From positions 51,921 to 115,920 of the forward strand of contig CAUUVS010000002.1 in the NCBI GenBank assembly GCA_963548935.1: a stretch of 64,000 nucleotides of DNA, given 5' to 3'. The stretch is from an uncultured Bacteroidales bacterium. GTDB lineage: Bacteria > Bacteroidota > Bacteroidia > Bacteroidales > UBA932. Shown one piece after another: positions 37,350 to 46,975 of this stretch; the first letter of the stretch is position 1, and each line of letters starts with the position of its first letter. Below the pieces are notes generated by a model. It was not told the DNA's origin and made no database searches. It saw only the letters and a list, made by a program, of their open reading frames with translations. The position numbers were made by a program, and so were the translations under genes.

Positions 37350-38732
37350 TTATTTGCCGATCATAATATTCAAAATCATTTTGTCTGTAGTCTGCATTCC
37401 TGTAGAACCGATTTCTCCGAGATTTTTAATGGTCTTTTCTATATCCTTTTCAATAATACCATCAGTCTCGTGTATACAAGTGTTGTTTAAGGCCAATACG
37501 GCAGACTGTATCGAGCTGGAAACCCCGGAAGCTACTTTCATGGCACATCCAACCTTTGCTCCGTCGCATACCATTCCTGTTATGTTGCCAATCATATTCT
37601 TTATGGCATAGCAAACCTGCTCGTAAGTCCCACCTTTAAGATATACTATTCCACAGGATGCTCCTGTGGAGGCAACAACGCAACCGCATAGAGCTGACAA
37701 TTTTCCAAGATAACCTTTTATGTGAATTGCTATTAAATTGCTGAGAATCAGTGCTCTTGCCAAGTCTTCATCTTGTATTTTATTCCTTAAAGCATATGCG
37801 ATAACAGGCATACTTACAGTAATGCCCTGATTGCCGCTTCCGGAGTTACTCATAGCCGGTAAGGTACAGCCGGCCATACGGGCATCGGAAGCCGCTGCCG
37901 TTAATGACATAGCATAGCTCATAAAGTCGTTTCCGAATATTTCGTCGCTATTCTGCAGGATTGTTTTTCCTACCTTAAGTCCATAATTGCCTTTCAACCC
38001 TTCTTCGGCCAAAGCGAGATTATATTTCTTATCATCAAGGATAAACTTTATTTCATCAAATGAAATAGATTCGGCAAAATTATATATCTCTTTGACAGTT
38101 AAATTGTAATCTAATATGCTTTTGTCTTCTGTGGCTGCTCCTGATTCGGAAGACATCAATATTTTGTCTGCAAAACTTGCTTCTACAATCTTATCATGGT
38201 CGTCCTCAATAACAGCACTTGCTGTTGGCGTTCCGGTTCTATGGTGTGACTTTGCCTGAGGCTTTACAATAGTACTGGCTTGCATATCCTCACCTATACG
38301 AACTGTTGCCTTGACATATAGAAGATGAGATGTATTGGCAATCTTTATACATACTTTTTTCTTGGATACAAGCTCTTTAGCTCTATTTACCGCACTGTCT
38401 GAGATGTTGCGTAAAACTTCCAGACCGTATGCAGAGCAACCGCAAACAGCTCCAAGTGCGGCAGCAATCTGAAGGCCTATCATTCCTGTTCCGGGAATTC
38501 CCACGCCCATTCCGTTTTTAAGAATATTTCCGCTAACGGCAACATCAATCTTGAAATCAGCAGTTTGCCGCCAGACTTTACATCCAGCTTCTTTGCAGCA
38601 AGTGCAGTTGTCAGCAATAATTTCCACCGCTTTGGCCACTGCAAGTGCTACAGCAATCGGTTCAGTACAACCTAAGGCTGGTTTTACCTCTTTGTGTATC
38701 AGTTGAATAATTTCGGATTCTCTTTTGGTCAT
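37350..38732 (-). CDS. L-cysteine desulfidase / serine dehydratase-alpha-like protein (CyuA/YhaM family)
   Basis: PALGCTEP, KNGMGVGIPG, ASDARMAG, SNSGSGNQG, LSALCG and CDGAK.GCA.K. Confidence 0.88.
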   Translation of the reverse strand: MTKRESEIIQLIHKEVKPALGCTEPIAVALAVAKAVEIIADNCTCCKEAGCKVWRQTADFKIDVAVSGNILKNGMGVGIPGTGMIGLQIAAALGAVCGCSAYGLEVLRNISDSAVNRAKELVSKKKVCIKIANTSHLLYVKATVRIGEDMQASTIVKPQAKSHHRTGTPTASAVIEDDHDKIVEASFADKILMSSESGAATEDKSILDYNLTVKEIYNFAESISFDEIKFILDDKKYNLALAEEGLKGNYGLKVGKTILQNSDEIFGNDFMSYAMSLTAAASDARMAGCTLPAMSNSGSGNQGITVSMPVIAYALRNKIQDEDLARALILSNLIAIHIKGYLGKLSALCGCVVASTGASCGIVYLKGGTYEQVCYAIKNMIGNITGMVCDGAKVGCAMKVASGVSSSIQSAVLALNNTCIHETDGIIEKDIEKTIKNLGEIGSTGMQTTDKMILNIMIGK

Positions 38733-38793
38733 ATATTAGTTGAATTATTATAGTGTCAATATAAATTATATCAGATATTTTTCTTTATTATGC

Positions 38794-39687
38794 TCAATCA
38801 GTTTGTTCGTAATAATACGAATAATCAATACCTTTCATAAACATTTCTCTGTCATCAATCTTTGTAGTGAGAGCAGGCAGCACCAAAGACTTGATGTGCG
38901 CACTATCAGACACACTTTCACGCATTGCTTTCAGATAGTCTTTCTTATCTATCTGACTCCAATCCACACATCGTTTGAGAGAGCGCTTCAGCATAAGGTC
39001 GAGCCAAATACGAGCGCTACGACCATTACCTTCCATAAACGGATGAGCTACATTCATTTCCACGTATTTGTCCATTATCTCATCAAAGGTTGTTTCGGGC
39101 ATTCGCTCTATTGTTTGCAGAGTTTCAGGGAAGTGCATACAATTAGCAAACGTAAAGCCTCCTTTAGATATATTCTTTGTTCGGATTTGTCCTGCAAAGT
39201 CGTATAATCCTCCAAAGAGATAAGCATGTATCTGTTGCAAACACTTTAGACTTCCCGGCTCTGCCGTTTTCAAGATTCCGCTCTCAAAGAGTTGGTAGGC
39301 TTTCTTCTTACTTTGCCCATCAATAGTATTATCGCTGTATGTGAACCAGTCAATAAATCCTCTTGCTTTGAAATTGGGTATTGATTTCGCCAACCAAACA
39401 ACACCTTCTCCATCCAACATATCCGTCAATCGCTGTTTTCCATCCGGAGCTTGCAGTTTGAACTGGTTAGTGCCACTAACCAGTTTGTTGTTCTCCTTCT
39501 TCAACTTTGTTTTGAGATACTTCCAATAGTTTCTCGTCTTCTGATAATCATCTTGTTCGTTTATTGCTGCAATGACATCAAGTACCGAGAACCACCACTT
39601 ATTGTGTTCATCATCCCACACAGCCCGCACTTCACGGTCGTTGAAGAAACGAATTGAATTCTTATGTTGTTTTTTCTTCTCCTCCAT
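38794..39687 (-). CDS. Fic-family adenylyltransferase (class III-like) with N-terminal Bro-N-like domain
   Basis: HPFMEGNGRSAR Fic motif; C-terminal SYYYE inhibitory helix; N-terminal VRAVWD...WWFSVLDV...RNYWKYLK...DGKQRLTD. Confidence 0.88.
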   Translation of the reverse strand: MEEKKKQHKNSIRFFNDREVRAVWDDEHNKWWFSVLDVIAAINEQDDYQKTRNYWKYLKTKLKKENNKLVSGTNQFKLQAPDGKQRLTDMLDGEGVVWLAKSIPNFKARGFIDWFTYSDNTIDGQSKKKAYQLFESGILKTAEPGSLKCLQQIHAYLFGGLYDFAGQIRTKNISKGGFTFANCMHFPETLQTIERMPETTFDEIMDKYVEMNVAHPFMEGNGRSARIWLDLMLKRSLKRCVDWSQIDKKDYLKAMRESVSDSAHIKSLVLPALTTKIDDREMFMKGIDYSYYYEQTD

Positions 39688-39851
39688 AAATTGGAATTTA
39701 GTTGTTAGCGATACTATTTTTAATTACCTAACATCCTGCGACGACCATTTTTGCGTTGCGTTAGGCTTCTCTATTAATTAAATTGAGCGATGCCAATTCT
39801 TCTAAAGAGCAATTCAAAATTAAAGATAGCTATTAAAATTCTAAATGGCTC

Positions 39852-42800
39852 TTAATCTTCGAAAAACAGAAGAATAGTTCGTATAATCTTTTCAATATCT
39901 TCAGGTCGCCTTATTGTCTCTATAGGGAAACCGAGACTTGCTGACTTATGCACTCCGCTATTAAAGCAGACACCGGCTGATATTTTTGTATCAGCATATT
40001 GCAAGAATGTATAAGACTTATCTGATGACGGTATCAGGCCGTCAGGTGTTTCGACACAGTAAGAATCTTCATTTGGCTTTGTGTGGAAATCGAAAAAGTC
40101 CTCTAAAATGGAAGTATTTATTGTTTTATTCTTTATAGTCCTGACTTGACCGCTTCTGCCGGCATAATTAGTAAGTCTCTTATATCCGAAATTTTTTCCT
40201 ATGAATGATTTTGTATCAGCGATATAGGAGCTGTCGACATCGATTGGAAAAATATGATCCCATACATCGGTACCTATATTGGCTCCGGATATAAGGATAT
40301 TGCCGCCTTTGGTAGAAAATTTATTCACGGCTTTTTGTAACGGTGTTGGAAATACCTGATATTTAATTCCTTTTACTCCCCGTCCTGAAATGGTGGTAAT
40401 TTGTTTGCCGCATATAATATCCATAGCCCAGACGGCATCAAAGATTGTGGAATCCTCTTGCATGGCTATTGAACTTGTAGAACAGAAAGGGTAACCTGCC
40501 GATAATATAGCCTTGCCATGTATAAAAGGATAATCAAAAGTATTGCCTGCAATCTGTTTGCCCTCTTCATCTCCAAATGAGGCTCCGAATCCTTGATTTT
40601 CATCATTTTCCCATACAAGTTCACGACGGTATTGGTACATATTGCCGGTGTAACTTATATCTTTGTTGTAAGGTACACCTCCGTCAAGAGCGGCATCAAA
40701 ACCTGCATAGCTTGGGGTGTCAAACCAAGCAGGTGCAGAAACTCTGTCAAAATTATTTACTATAAGTACTTTCCTATCTACTCCATTGCATGGGATGCCT
40801 GCACATAATATTTCAGAAGGGAAACTCTTGCCGCCATCATTATAAGCTTCTATTTTATAACTATATATATGTCCTGTCTCAATAGGTATTTCCAATTCAT
40901 AGAAGCCATTTTTAAATTTATGTTCTTTTATAATGGATCCTTTGTCAAAACCACCGTCATCAATTCTTCTGTATAGAATAAATCCTTTAGGTTTTGCTGT
41001 TTTTTCCAAAGGATCGTCCGTCTCTTTCCAGCGTAGTCTGACTGTATTATGTTTAGAAATTATTGCTGAAAAAGAATTTACAGGCAGAGGTTGTACGGAA
41101 TACGTACAGCCATAACGGTTACTTAAAAATTTTAGAATCCCCTTATATACAGCTCTGCTGACAGTAAATTTAAAATCAGGATCATGGCCGTATTTCATGT
41201 CGGCAAAATTCTGATGAGACAGCAGTTCAAGAATCATAGCCGGTACAGAAGTCGTTCTGCTTTCACTATATGACCTGTCCCATATCTGTCTCCTCGACCA
41301 TTCCGGCTCAAAACAATATCGTATGTCATTTACAATCTGACTTTGGACGTAGTCGCAATATTCACGACTGACCATCCTATTTTCACCGTTAGGAAATGTC
41401 TTTTTACCATCGCATCTTGATGTATAAATAGCTAAAGTCCCGATAATGGAATCTCCCGGACTTGTACCTGCATCGCTATGGAAGGCTAAAGACAAATCGA
41501 AAGGAATTCTTTTTCCGGGTTCGCTCGGATTGACTATGGAACCTCCTGCCATCATTGAAGTCCAAGCGCCTCTTCCGGCAAAATCCTTAGTGTAATCATT
41601 GTCAAATTCGCTTGTCATGGTACTGTCGGCGCCGGCCCACTGCATCCAATACAAAGCACCCTCCATATATGAAGGGATACCTGAAGTTGTCCAGATGCTA
41701 TCAGGCTCCTCTTCTGTTCCTCTTACAATTTTACCGATTCCGCCTCCTATTTTGACAGCATCAGCAGTAACAATACTACCATGAACGAATTTTCTTCCTT
41801 CAGGGGTTTTATTGTCAATAGATACATAACTTTCAGTGCCTTCTGCAAATTCAAATGTCCCTATATATATCCATGTGCCTCCGCCAATCCTTTGATTTAC
41901 AATAAATTCAGAAATACCTCCAAGATGTCTTATTGTATAATGTGCCGCTGTGGTGCTTTTGGGTAGGGATTTATAAGAAATATAAACAGCATAACGGCCC
42001 CTTGCCGGGATATTCGGAGTCCATCTGGCTTCAGCTATGTTATTCTTTCTGTCAGTACATCTTATTTGTCTGGCAGTTCCCATACAAAAAGGATTCTGAC
42101 CTCTTTTATAGCTTATATATTTATCGGCAAAACCTGTACCTGCATCAGTCCAATCACCTGTTTCTGAATAAATTCCTGATTTGCGTATGAATCCTGTACG
42201 AGGTTCTGCGAAAGCAGAGTCATTATCAGTAATGATTTCATTGATCTGTGTGTCTCTTTCGCGCGGGGTCATCGTAATTGCTCCAGCATTCTCCAGCATC
42301 GGTATAAGATATGGCAGCACATAGCTTTGCGTGTACATATCCTCTACAGTACGGAAAAATCTGGCCCTCTGCCATTGCCATCTGTTTTTTTCCGCTTCAA
42401 AATAGCGTCCGTGACTTTGCCATAATGCTATAAGTCTGCCGCTTAAGCCTTTATTGTAACGGAGTCCTCCGATTTCTTCAATAAAAGGATGCAGAGATTT
42501 TGGTGCATTGACTCTGAAAGAAGACTCGTGAGGCTTGCCGTCATTATGTAAGTATGGGGTTATTAAGTTCTCTAAACGTGTGTTTTTGCTATATATTTCG
42601 CCAACTGAATATCCGTTATAGGTGTCCGGAAGCAATTTTATTAGTTCTTTGCGGAAAGCATCGCAGTCTTTTTTCTTCCAAGGCAGATCACCAAGACTTT
42701 CTGTAAAATAGAAATCCAGTTTTTTGTTGCGTGTAATTACAGTTTGGAGTTGCAGTTTTGATGTTACGGTAGTCCGGTTTTTCATAAAAACACTAAGAGA

Positions 42801-42902
42801 ATCGCATAAAGGGTCGAAATCCTTGACAATATCCTTCCTTCCATAGATCTGAAAAGGCCAACTTAACACCAACGCAATTGCCAGTGGCAGAACTTTCTTC
42901 AT
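39852..42902 (-). CDS. Large secreted amidase_3-like / golvesin-C / fibronectin-III protein (often labelled 'xanthan lyase')
   Basis: IALWQSHG, TVED, FHSDA and MILELLSH amidase-type motifs; VNQRIGGGTWIYIGTF/ADAV insert; FnIII Y..EAYN.GGKSFPSE. Confidence 0.72.
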   Translation of the reverse strand: MKKVLPLAIALVLSWPFQIYGRKDIVKDFDPLCDSLSVFMKNRTTVTSKLQLQTVITRNKKLDFYFTESLGDLPWKKKDCDAFRKELIKLLPDTYNGYSVGEIYSKNTRLENLITPYLHNDGKPHESSFRVNAPKSLHPFIEEIGGLRYNKGLSGRLIALWQSHGRYFEAEKNRWQWQRARFFRTVEDMYTQSYVLPYLIPMLENAGAITMTPRERDTQINEIITDNDSAFAEPRTGFIRKSGIYSETGDWTDAGTGFADKYISYKRGQNPFCMGTARQIRCTDRKNNIAEARWTPNIPARGRYAVYISYKSLPKSTTAAHYTIRHLGGISEFIVNQRIGGGTWIYIGTFEFAEGTESYVSIDNKTPEGRKFVHGSIVTADAVKIGGGIGKIVRGTEEEPDSIWTTSGIPSYMEGALYWMQWAGADSTMTSEFDNDYTKDFAGRGAWTSMMAGGSIVNPSEPGKRIPFDLSLAFHSDAGTSPGDSIIGTLAIYTSRCDGKKTFPNGENRMVSREYCDYVQSQIVNDIRYCFEPEWSRRQIWDRSYSESRTTSVPAMILELLSHQNFADMKYGHDPDFKFTVSRAVYKGILKFLSNRYGCTYSVQPLPVNSFSAIISKHNTVRLRWKETDDPLEKTAKPKGFILYRRIDDGGFDKGSIIKEHKFKNGFYELEIPIETGHIYSYKIEAYNDGGKSFPSEILCAGIPCNGVDRKVLIVNNFDRVSAPAWFDTPSYAGFDAALDGGVPYNKDISYTGNMYQYRRELVWENDENQGFGASFGDEEGKQIAGNTFDYPFIHGKAILSAGYPFCSTSSIAMQEDSTIFDAVWAMDIICGKQITTISGRGVKGIKYQVFPTPLQKAVNKFSTKGGNILISGANIGTDVWDHIFPIDVDSSYIADTKSFIGKNFGYKRLTNYAGRSGQVRTIKNKTINTSILEDFFDFHTKPNEDSYCVETPDGLIPSSDKSYTFLQYADTKISAGVCFNSGVHKSASLGFPIETIRRPEDIEKIIRTILLFFED

Positions 42903-43297
42903 TTTCCAAACTGTTTCCTTAAATCAATAATCAAGACAATGATTGAACTAATCGCCAAAGCAAGCCCGTCTGCAAATAGATCCGCTGACTCTGCAGAACG
43001 ATAACCGGTAAGCCCTTGCCCTAATTCAGTCCCTACGGCAAGTATGATTCCGGCTAAAAACACTATTATTGCAAAAATAAATGAATGCCATGGCTTACGG
43101 GTGATTGTTCCGAATGATACAAGAGCTAATATAGGGAACGGAAAAAACATAATAAAATGTGCAACCTTGTCTGTAGGTATGCCAAAAATCATTTTTTGCA
43201 TGTCAGGTATTTTGTCCGTATGAATAAAACATAATATACCTACTGCAATAAGATATGAAGCAAAAAGGATTTTTGCTATAATATTTTTTGGGGACAT
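42899..43297 (-). CDS. VanZ-family membrane protein
   Basis: DKVAHF, TELGQ, YRSAE and D..AD..G motifs. Confidence 0.88.
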   Translation of the reverse strand: MSPKNIIAKILFASYLIAVGILCFIHTDKIPDMQKMIFGIPTDKVAHFIMFFPFPILALVSFGTITRKPWHSFIFAIIVFLAGIILAVGTELGQGLTGYRSAESADLFADGLALAISSIIVLIIDLRKQFGK

Positions 43298-43299
43298 AT

Positions 43300-43956
43300 T
43301 TAATTTTCAAAAATCAATTCACCGAAAAATTCCGGTCTATGGAAATCAGGAGAAGCGCATTCGACAGGATTCCAACTTAAAAAATGAGGATGTTGCGTCA
43401 AATCACCGCATTTATAAAAATTGGCTTTAAGTCTGTCTGGAATGTTGTTAGGATCTATTCCTATAAGGTCGAAAGGAATAACCATTGCTACGCCCCAACT
43501 GAACAGGCTGTCTTTTTCATTATATTCACGAGGAGCTAAAGAGGAAAATCTGATTATTCTTTTCAATACTTCCGGACTTCTGCGTTCTCTGTCATTTCTC
43601 CCGCTTCCAAGACCATTGAGAAGCCGGCCTATGCAGTTTATTTCGAAATTGCAATATTTGCCCTCCTTAGGATTTTCCACAAAGAATTCGCAGCAGCTAT
43701 CCTCCCAGATATTACCATCGTCTTCAAGTGATGCGGCACGTAGGTCAAAACCTCTCACGTGGAAACTTACAGCAATATGGCTTTCGCTCCTTGCTATTGT
43801 GAAAAAACAGTCCGGCTGATAAGGAAATTCTTTTGGCCAATTGACATTTGCGATAGTCCCTTTGGCTCCTTCATTTTCTAATGCGACTTCAAGGGAATTA
43901 TAATCCATATTTTGAAGGCCTTTGATAAAAGGCACTTTTATTTCCATTTTTTTCAT
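43300..43956 (-). CDS. Carbohydrate-binding family 9-like protein
   Basis: WEDSCCEFF, NFEINCIG, ANFYKCGD and PDFHRPEFFG. Confidence 0.85.
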   Translation of the reverse strand: MKKMEIKVPFIKGLQNMDYNSLEVALENEGAKGTIANVNWPKEFPYQPDCFFTIARSESHIAVSFHVRGFDLRAASLEDDGNIWEDSCCEFFVENPKEGKYCNFEINCIGRLLNGLGSGRNDRERRSPEVLKRIIRFSSLAPREYNEKDSLFSWGVAMVIPFDLIGIDPNNIPDRLKANFYKCGDLTQHPHFLSWNPVECASPDFHRPEFFGELIFEN

Positions 43957-43983
43957 ATTTTTAATGTTTTATATTAGGCATAT

Positions 43984-45825
43984 TTATAATACCTGCATAT
44001 CGTTCAATTTTTTATAATATCCTCCTAATGCCAACAAGTCTTCGTGTCTGCCTCTTTCTACAATTTCACCTTCTTGCATTACTAAAATTTCATCTGAATT
44101 TTTGATTGTGGATAGCCTATGGGCTATGGCAATAGTGGTTCTATTGGACATCAGTCTGTCGAGAGCTTCCTGTACAAGTCTTTCTGATTCAGTATCCAAT
44201 GAGGCTGTAGCTTCGTCAAGTATTAGGATAGGAGGGTTTTTTAGTATAGCTCTGGCAATAGAAATCCTTTGTCTCTGGCCTCCGGAAAGCAGCATTCCCC
44301 TGTCGCCTATATTGGTATTGTAGCCGTCTGGTTTTTCCATAATGAATTCGTGGGCATTGGCGATTTTTGCTGCCTCTATGACCTGATCCATGCCCGCATC
44401 TTTAACCCCGAATGCAATATTATTGAAAATAGTGTCATTAAACAATATCGGTTCTTGGTTAACATATCCTATAAGGCTGCGCAAATCATTCATTCTGACA
44501 TTCTTGATATTTATACCATCAATTAGGATTGAACCTTTAGTGACATCGTAGAAACGTGGAATAAGATCTACAAGTGTGGATTTTCCTGCACCTGATTCTC
44601 CTACAATTGCAATAGTCGCTCCCTTTTTTATTTCAACGTTTATGTTTTTCAATATCTGTCTGTCCGGTTCATAGCAGAAACTTACATCGTCAATTTTTAT
44701 TTTATCATTGAACTCATCTATAAATTCCGGTATAAGCGGGTCTGTTATATTGTTATGTGCCTTCAGAATCTTGTCTATACGCTCCATGGATGCCATTCCT
44801 CTTGGAATGCTATAGCTGGCTCTGGAAAATTCCTTGATTGGATTGAGAATGCTATAAAGAATCACCATGTAGAACATAAAAGTAGGAGCATCAATAGGGG
44901 AGTGGTCTCCTAAAATAAGCATTCCGCCAAACCATAAGACAATCATTATCAATATGGTTCCTAAAAATTCGCTCATAGGATGGGCCAGGGCCTGTCTCGT
45001 CATTACCTTACCTGATTTTTGCCGTAGAGCGGCTGTGACATTGCTGAATCTTTGCGACATCTTCTTTTCGGCAATAAAAGCCTTTATCACCCTAAAGCCT
45101 CCCAAAGTCTCTTCGACTTGTGACATAGTATCGCTCCAAAGAGCCTGTGTCTCTAAAGAATCTCTTTTCAATTGTTTTCCTACTACTCCCATAAACCATC
45201 CTAATGCCGGAACAACCAGTATTGTGAAAATGGTAAGTTTCCAACTGACAAACAGAAGAGTGCAAAAATAAAACAGTATCAGTATAGGGTTTTTGATAAG
45301 CATGTCCAGAGAGTTCATTATTGAATTTTGAACCTCTCCTATATCTCCGGTCATTCTGGCAATTATGTCACCTTTTCTCTCTTGAGAGAAAAATCCAAGC
45401 GGTAATTCCATGAGCTTTTGATACATCTGTAGTCGCAGATCTCTCACTATTCCTGTCCTGATGGGAATCATTATAGCAGAAGAGCCGAAGTAGCTGGCTG
45501 TTTTCAGCAATGTGGCTATACCTAAAGATGCGCATAATATCAGCAGGGTCCAAGATGGGCCTATAGTGACCATAAGGTGTTCCAACCAATAATATGTATT
45601 GTTAATAAGGGCTTCCCCAAAGGCCTTGACACTGTGTATACCGCTCAGAGGTATGAAAACATGAGATTCTGTATTCATCTTAAACAGGATGCGCAGCATA
45701 GGTATCATCATGGTAAATGAGAATATGTTGAACAAAGCAGAAAGTATGTTCAAAATAATAGCCCCACCCAAATATTTTTTGTAAGGTGTCACGTATCTGC
45801 GGAGCATCTGTATAAATTCTTTCAT
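43984..45825 (-). CDS. ABC exporter ATP-binding/permease (MsbA-like)
   Basis: TM domain plus GESGAGKS, LSGGQRQR, ILDEATA and IAHRLST. Confidence 0.93.
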   Translation of the reverse strand: MKEFIQMLRRYVTPYKKYLGGAIILNILSALFNIFSFTMMIPMLRILFKMNTESHVFIPLSGIHSVKAFGEALINNTYYWLEHLMVTIGPSWTLLILCASLGIATLLKTASYFGSSAIMIPIRTGIVRDLRLQMYQKLMELPLGFFSQERKGDIIARMTGDIGEVQNSIMNSLDMLIKNPILILFYFCTLLFVSWKLTIFTILVVPALGWFMGVVGKQLKRDSLETQALWSDTMSQVEETLGGFRVIKAFIAEKKMSQRFSNVTAALRQKSGKVMTRQALAHPMSEFLGTILIMIVLWFGGMLILGDHSPIDAPTFMFYMVILYSILNPIKEFSRASYSIPRGMASMERIDKILKAHNNITDPLIPEFIDEFNDKIKIDDVSFCYEPDRQILKNINVEIKKGATIAIVGESGAGKSTLVDLIPRFYDVTKGSILIDGINIKNVRMNDLRSLIGYVNQEPILFNDTIFNNIAFGVKDAGMDQVIEAAKIANAHEFIMEKPDGYNTNIGDRGMLLSGGQRQRISIARAILKNPPILILDEATASLDTESERLVQEALDRLMSNRTTIAIAHRLSTIKNSDEILVMQEGEIVERGRHEDLLALGGYYKKLNDMQVL

Positions 45826-45861
45826 CAGAAATTGTATCTATAATTTACAAAAATAGTAAAA

Positions 45862-46896
45862 TCAAATTATTTTCTCAAGCCAATGGAATATAAGCCATAT
45901 ACGTTTTTTTAATATTTTGATATTCAGAGAATCCGGTTTGTCATAGGTCTTGTTATTGTTCATTGTGATACCGGAAGTGAAAAGTACTGCTGGAATTCCA
46001 TTTTCTATGAATATCTTATGATCCCCTATTTTGCGATAGAAAAGTTTTGTGAAATCTTTGCTGCCATAATAGTCAAATGCCAAGTCAAGGTTGATATTGT
46101 ATTGTGAATTGGCAGTCAGAAGAGTGGAACATGAGTAGCTCATATCTTCTCCAAGCATTAACATGTAGTCTTCACGTCCGCTTTTCAGTGGTGAAAGGCT
46201 ACTTCCAATCTGGTCGATATTTACCATAAACGATATTCTGTCGCTTGTTATAGGTTCGCCTGTTTCAGGATTTTTGAGACAGCCTCCGGAAATAAGTTCC
46301 CAAAGCGCTTTTGCTCCGCCCATGTTTACTTCTTTTGCATCCAATGCTGCAAAAATAATATTTCTACCATAAATTTTGCCGAATCTTGTCATAGCTTTTA
46401 GCATTTCAGCGACTCCGAACATCGCTACAACTCCGGAGGCATTGTTATCGGCTCCGGGATAGAAATTGCCATTTAGCACTCCTAATCCGTCAAAATGGGA
46501 GATTACTAAAATATAATTGCGTTTGAAACTCTTGGAAGAGCCGGGCAGGCAGCCTATTAGATTTCTGCCGACAGTACCTCTATCTGTTATGAAATGTTTT
46601 ATATATGTATTTTCGGCTATTGGCCGGAGTCCTATTTGTCTGAATCTTCTTGAAATCCAGAAAATCGCTTCTGAACTGGCTTTGACGCCTGTTCTTCTTC
46701 CACCGCAAATAGTATCGCAGAGAAAATCGATCTGATTCCGTAGAATTTCCTCGTCAATAAGGCTGTGGGTAATTTCAGAGCCTCTATATATTTTTTTATG
46801 ATTCTGAGCTTCCGATTTACTGCAAAAGATCACGGAGCCGGACAGAACATAGATAATTATAAATAATATTTTTTTTATTGTTTTCAATTCAGGCAC
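45862..46896 (-). CDS. M28-family peptidase homologue with degenerate active site
   Basis: GGRRTG, N.IG, SHFDGLG, PGADNNASG, NIDQIG and GDH..F...GIPA. Start codon uncertain. Confidence 0.78.
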   Translation of the reverse strand: MPELKTIKKILFIIIYVLSGSVIFCSKSEAQNHKKIYRGSEITHSLIDEEILRNQIDFLCDTICGGRRTGVKASSEAIFWISRRFRQIGLRPIAENTYIKHFITDRGTVGRNLIGCLPGSSKSFKRNYILVISHFDGLGVLNGNFYPGADNNASGVVAMFGVAEMLKAMTRFGKIYGRNIIFAALDAKEVNMGGAKALWELISGGCLKNPETGEPITSDRISFMVNIDQIGSSLSPLKSGREDYMLMLGEDMSYSCSTLLTANSQYNINLDLAFDYYGSKDFTKLFYRKIGDHKIFIENGIPAVLFTSGITMNNNKTYDKPDSLNIKILKKRIWLIFHWLEKII

Positions 46897-46975
46897 AATT
46901 ATCGCTATATTTGTAAAATGCCTTGCCTTTTATAGCAAAAAGCAAGCCCCAAATTTAGGGAAATCCTGCCATTTT

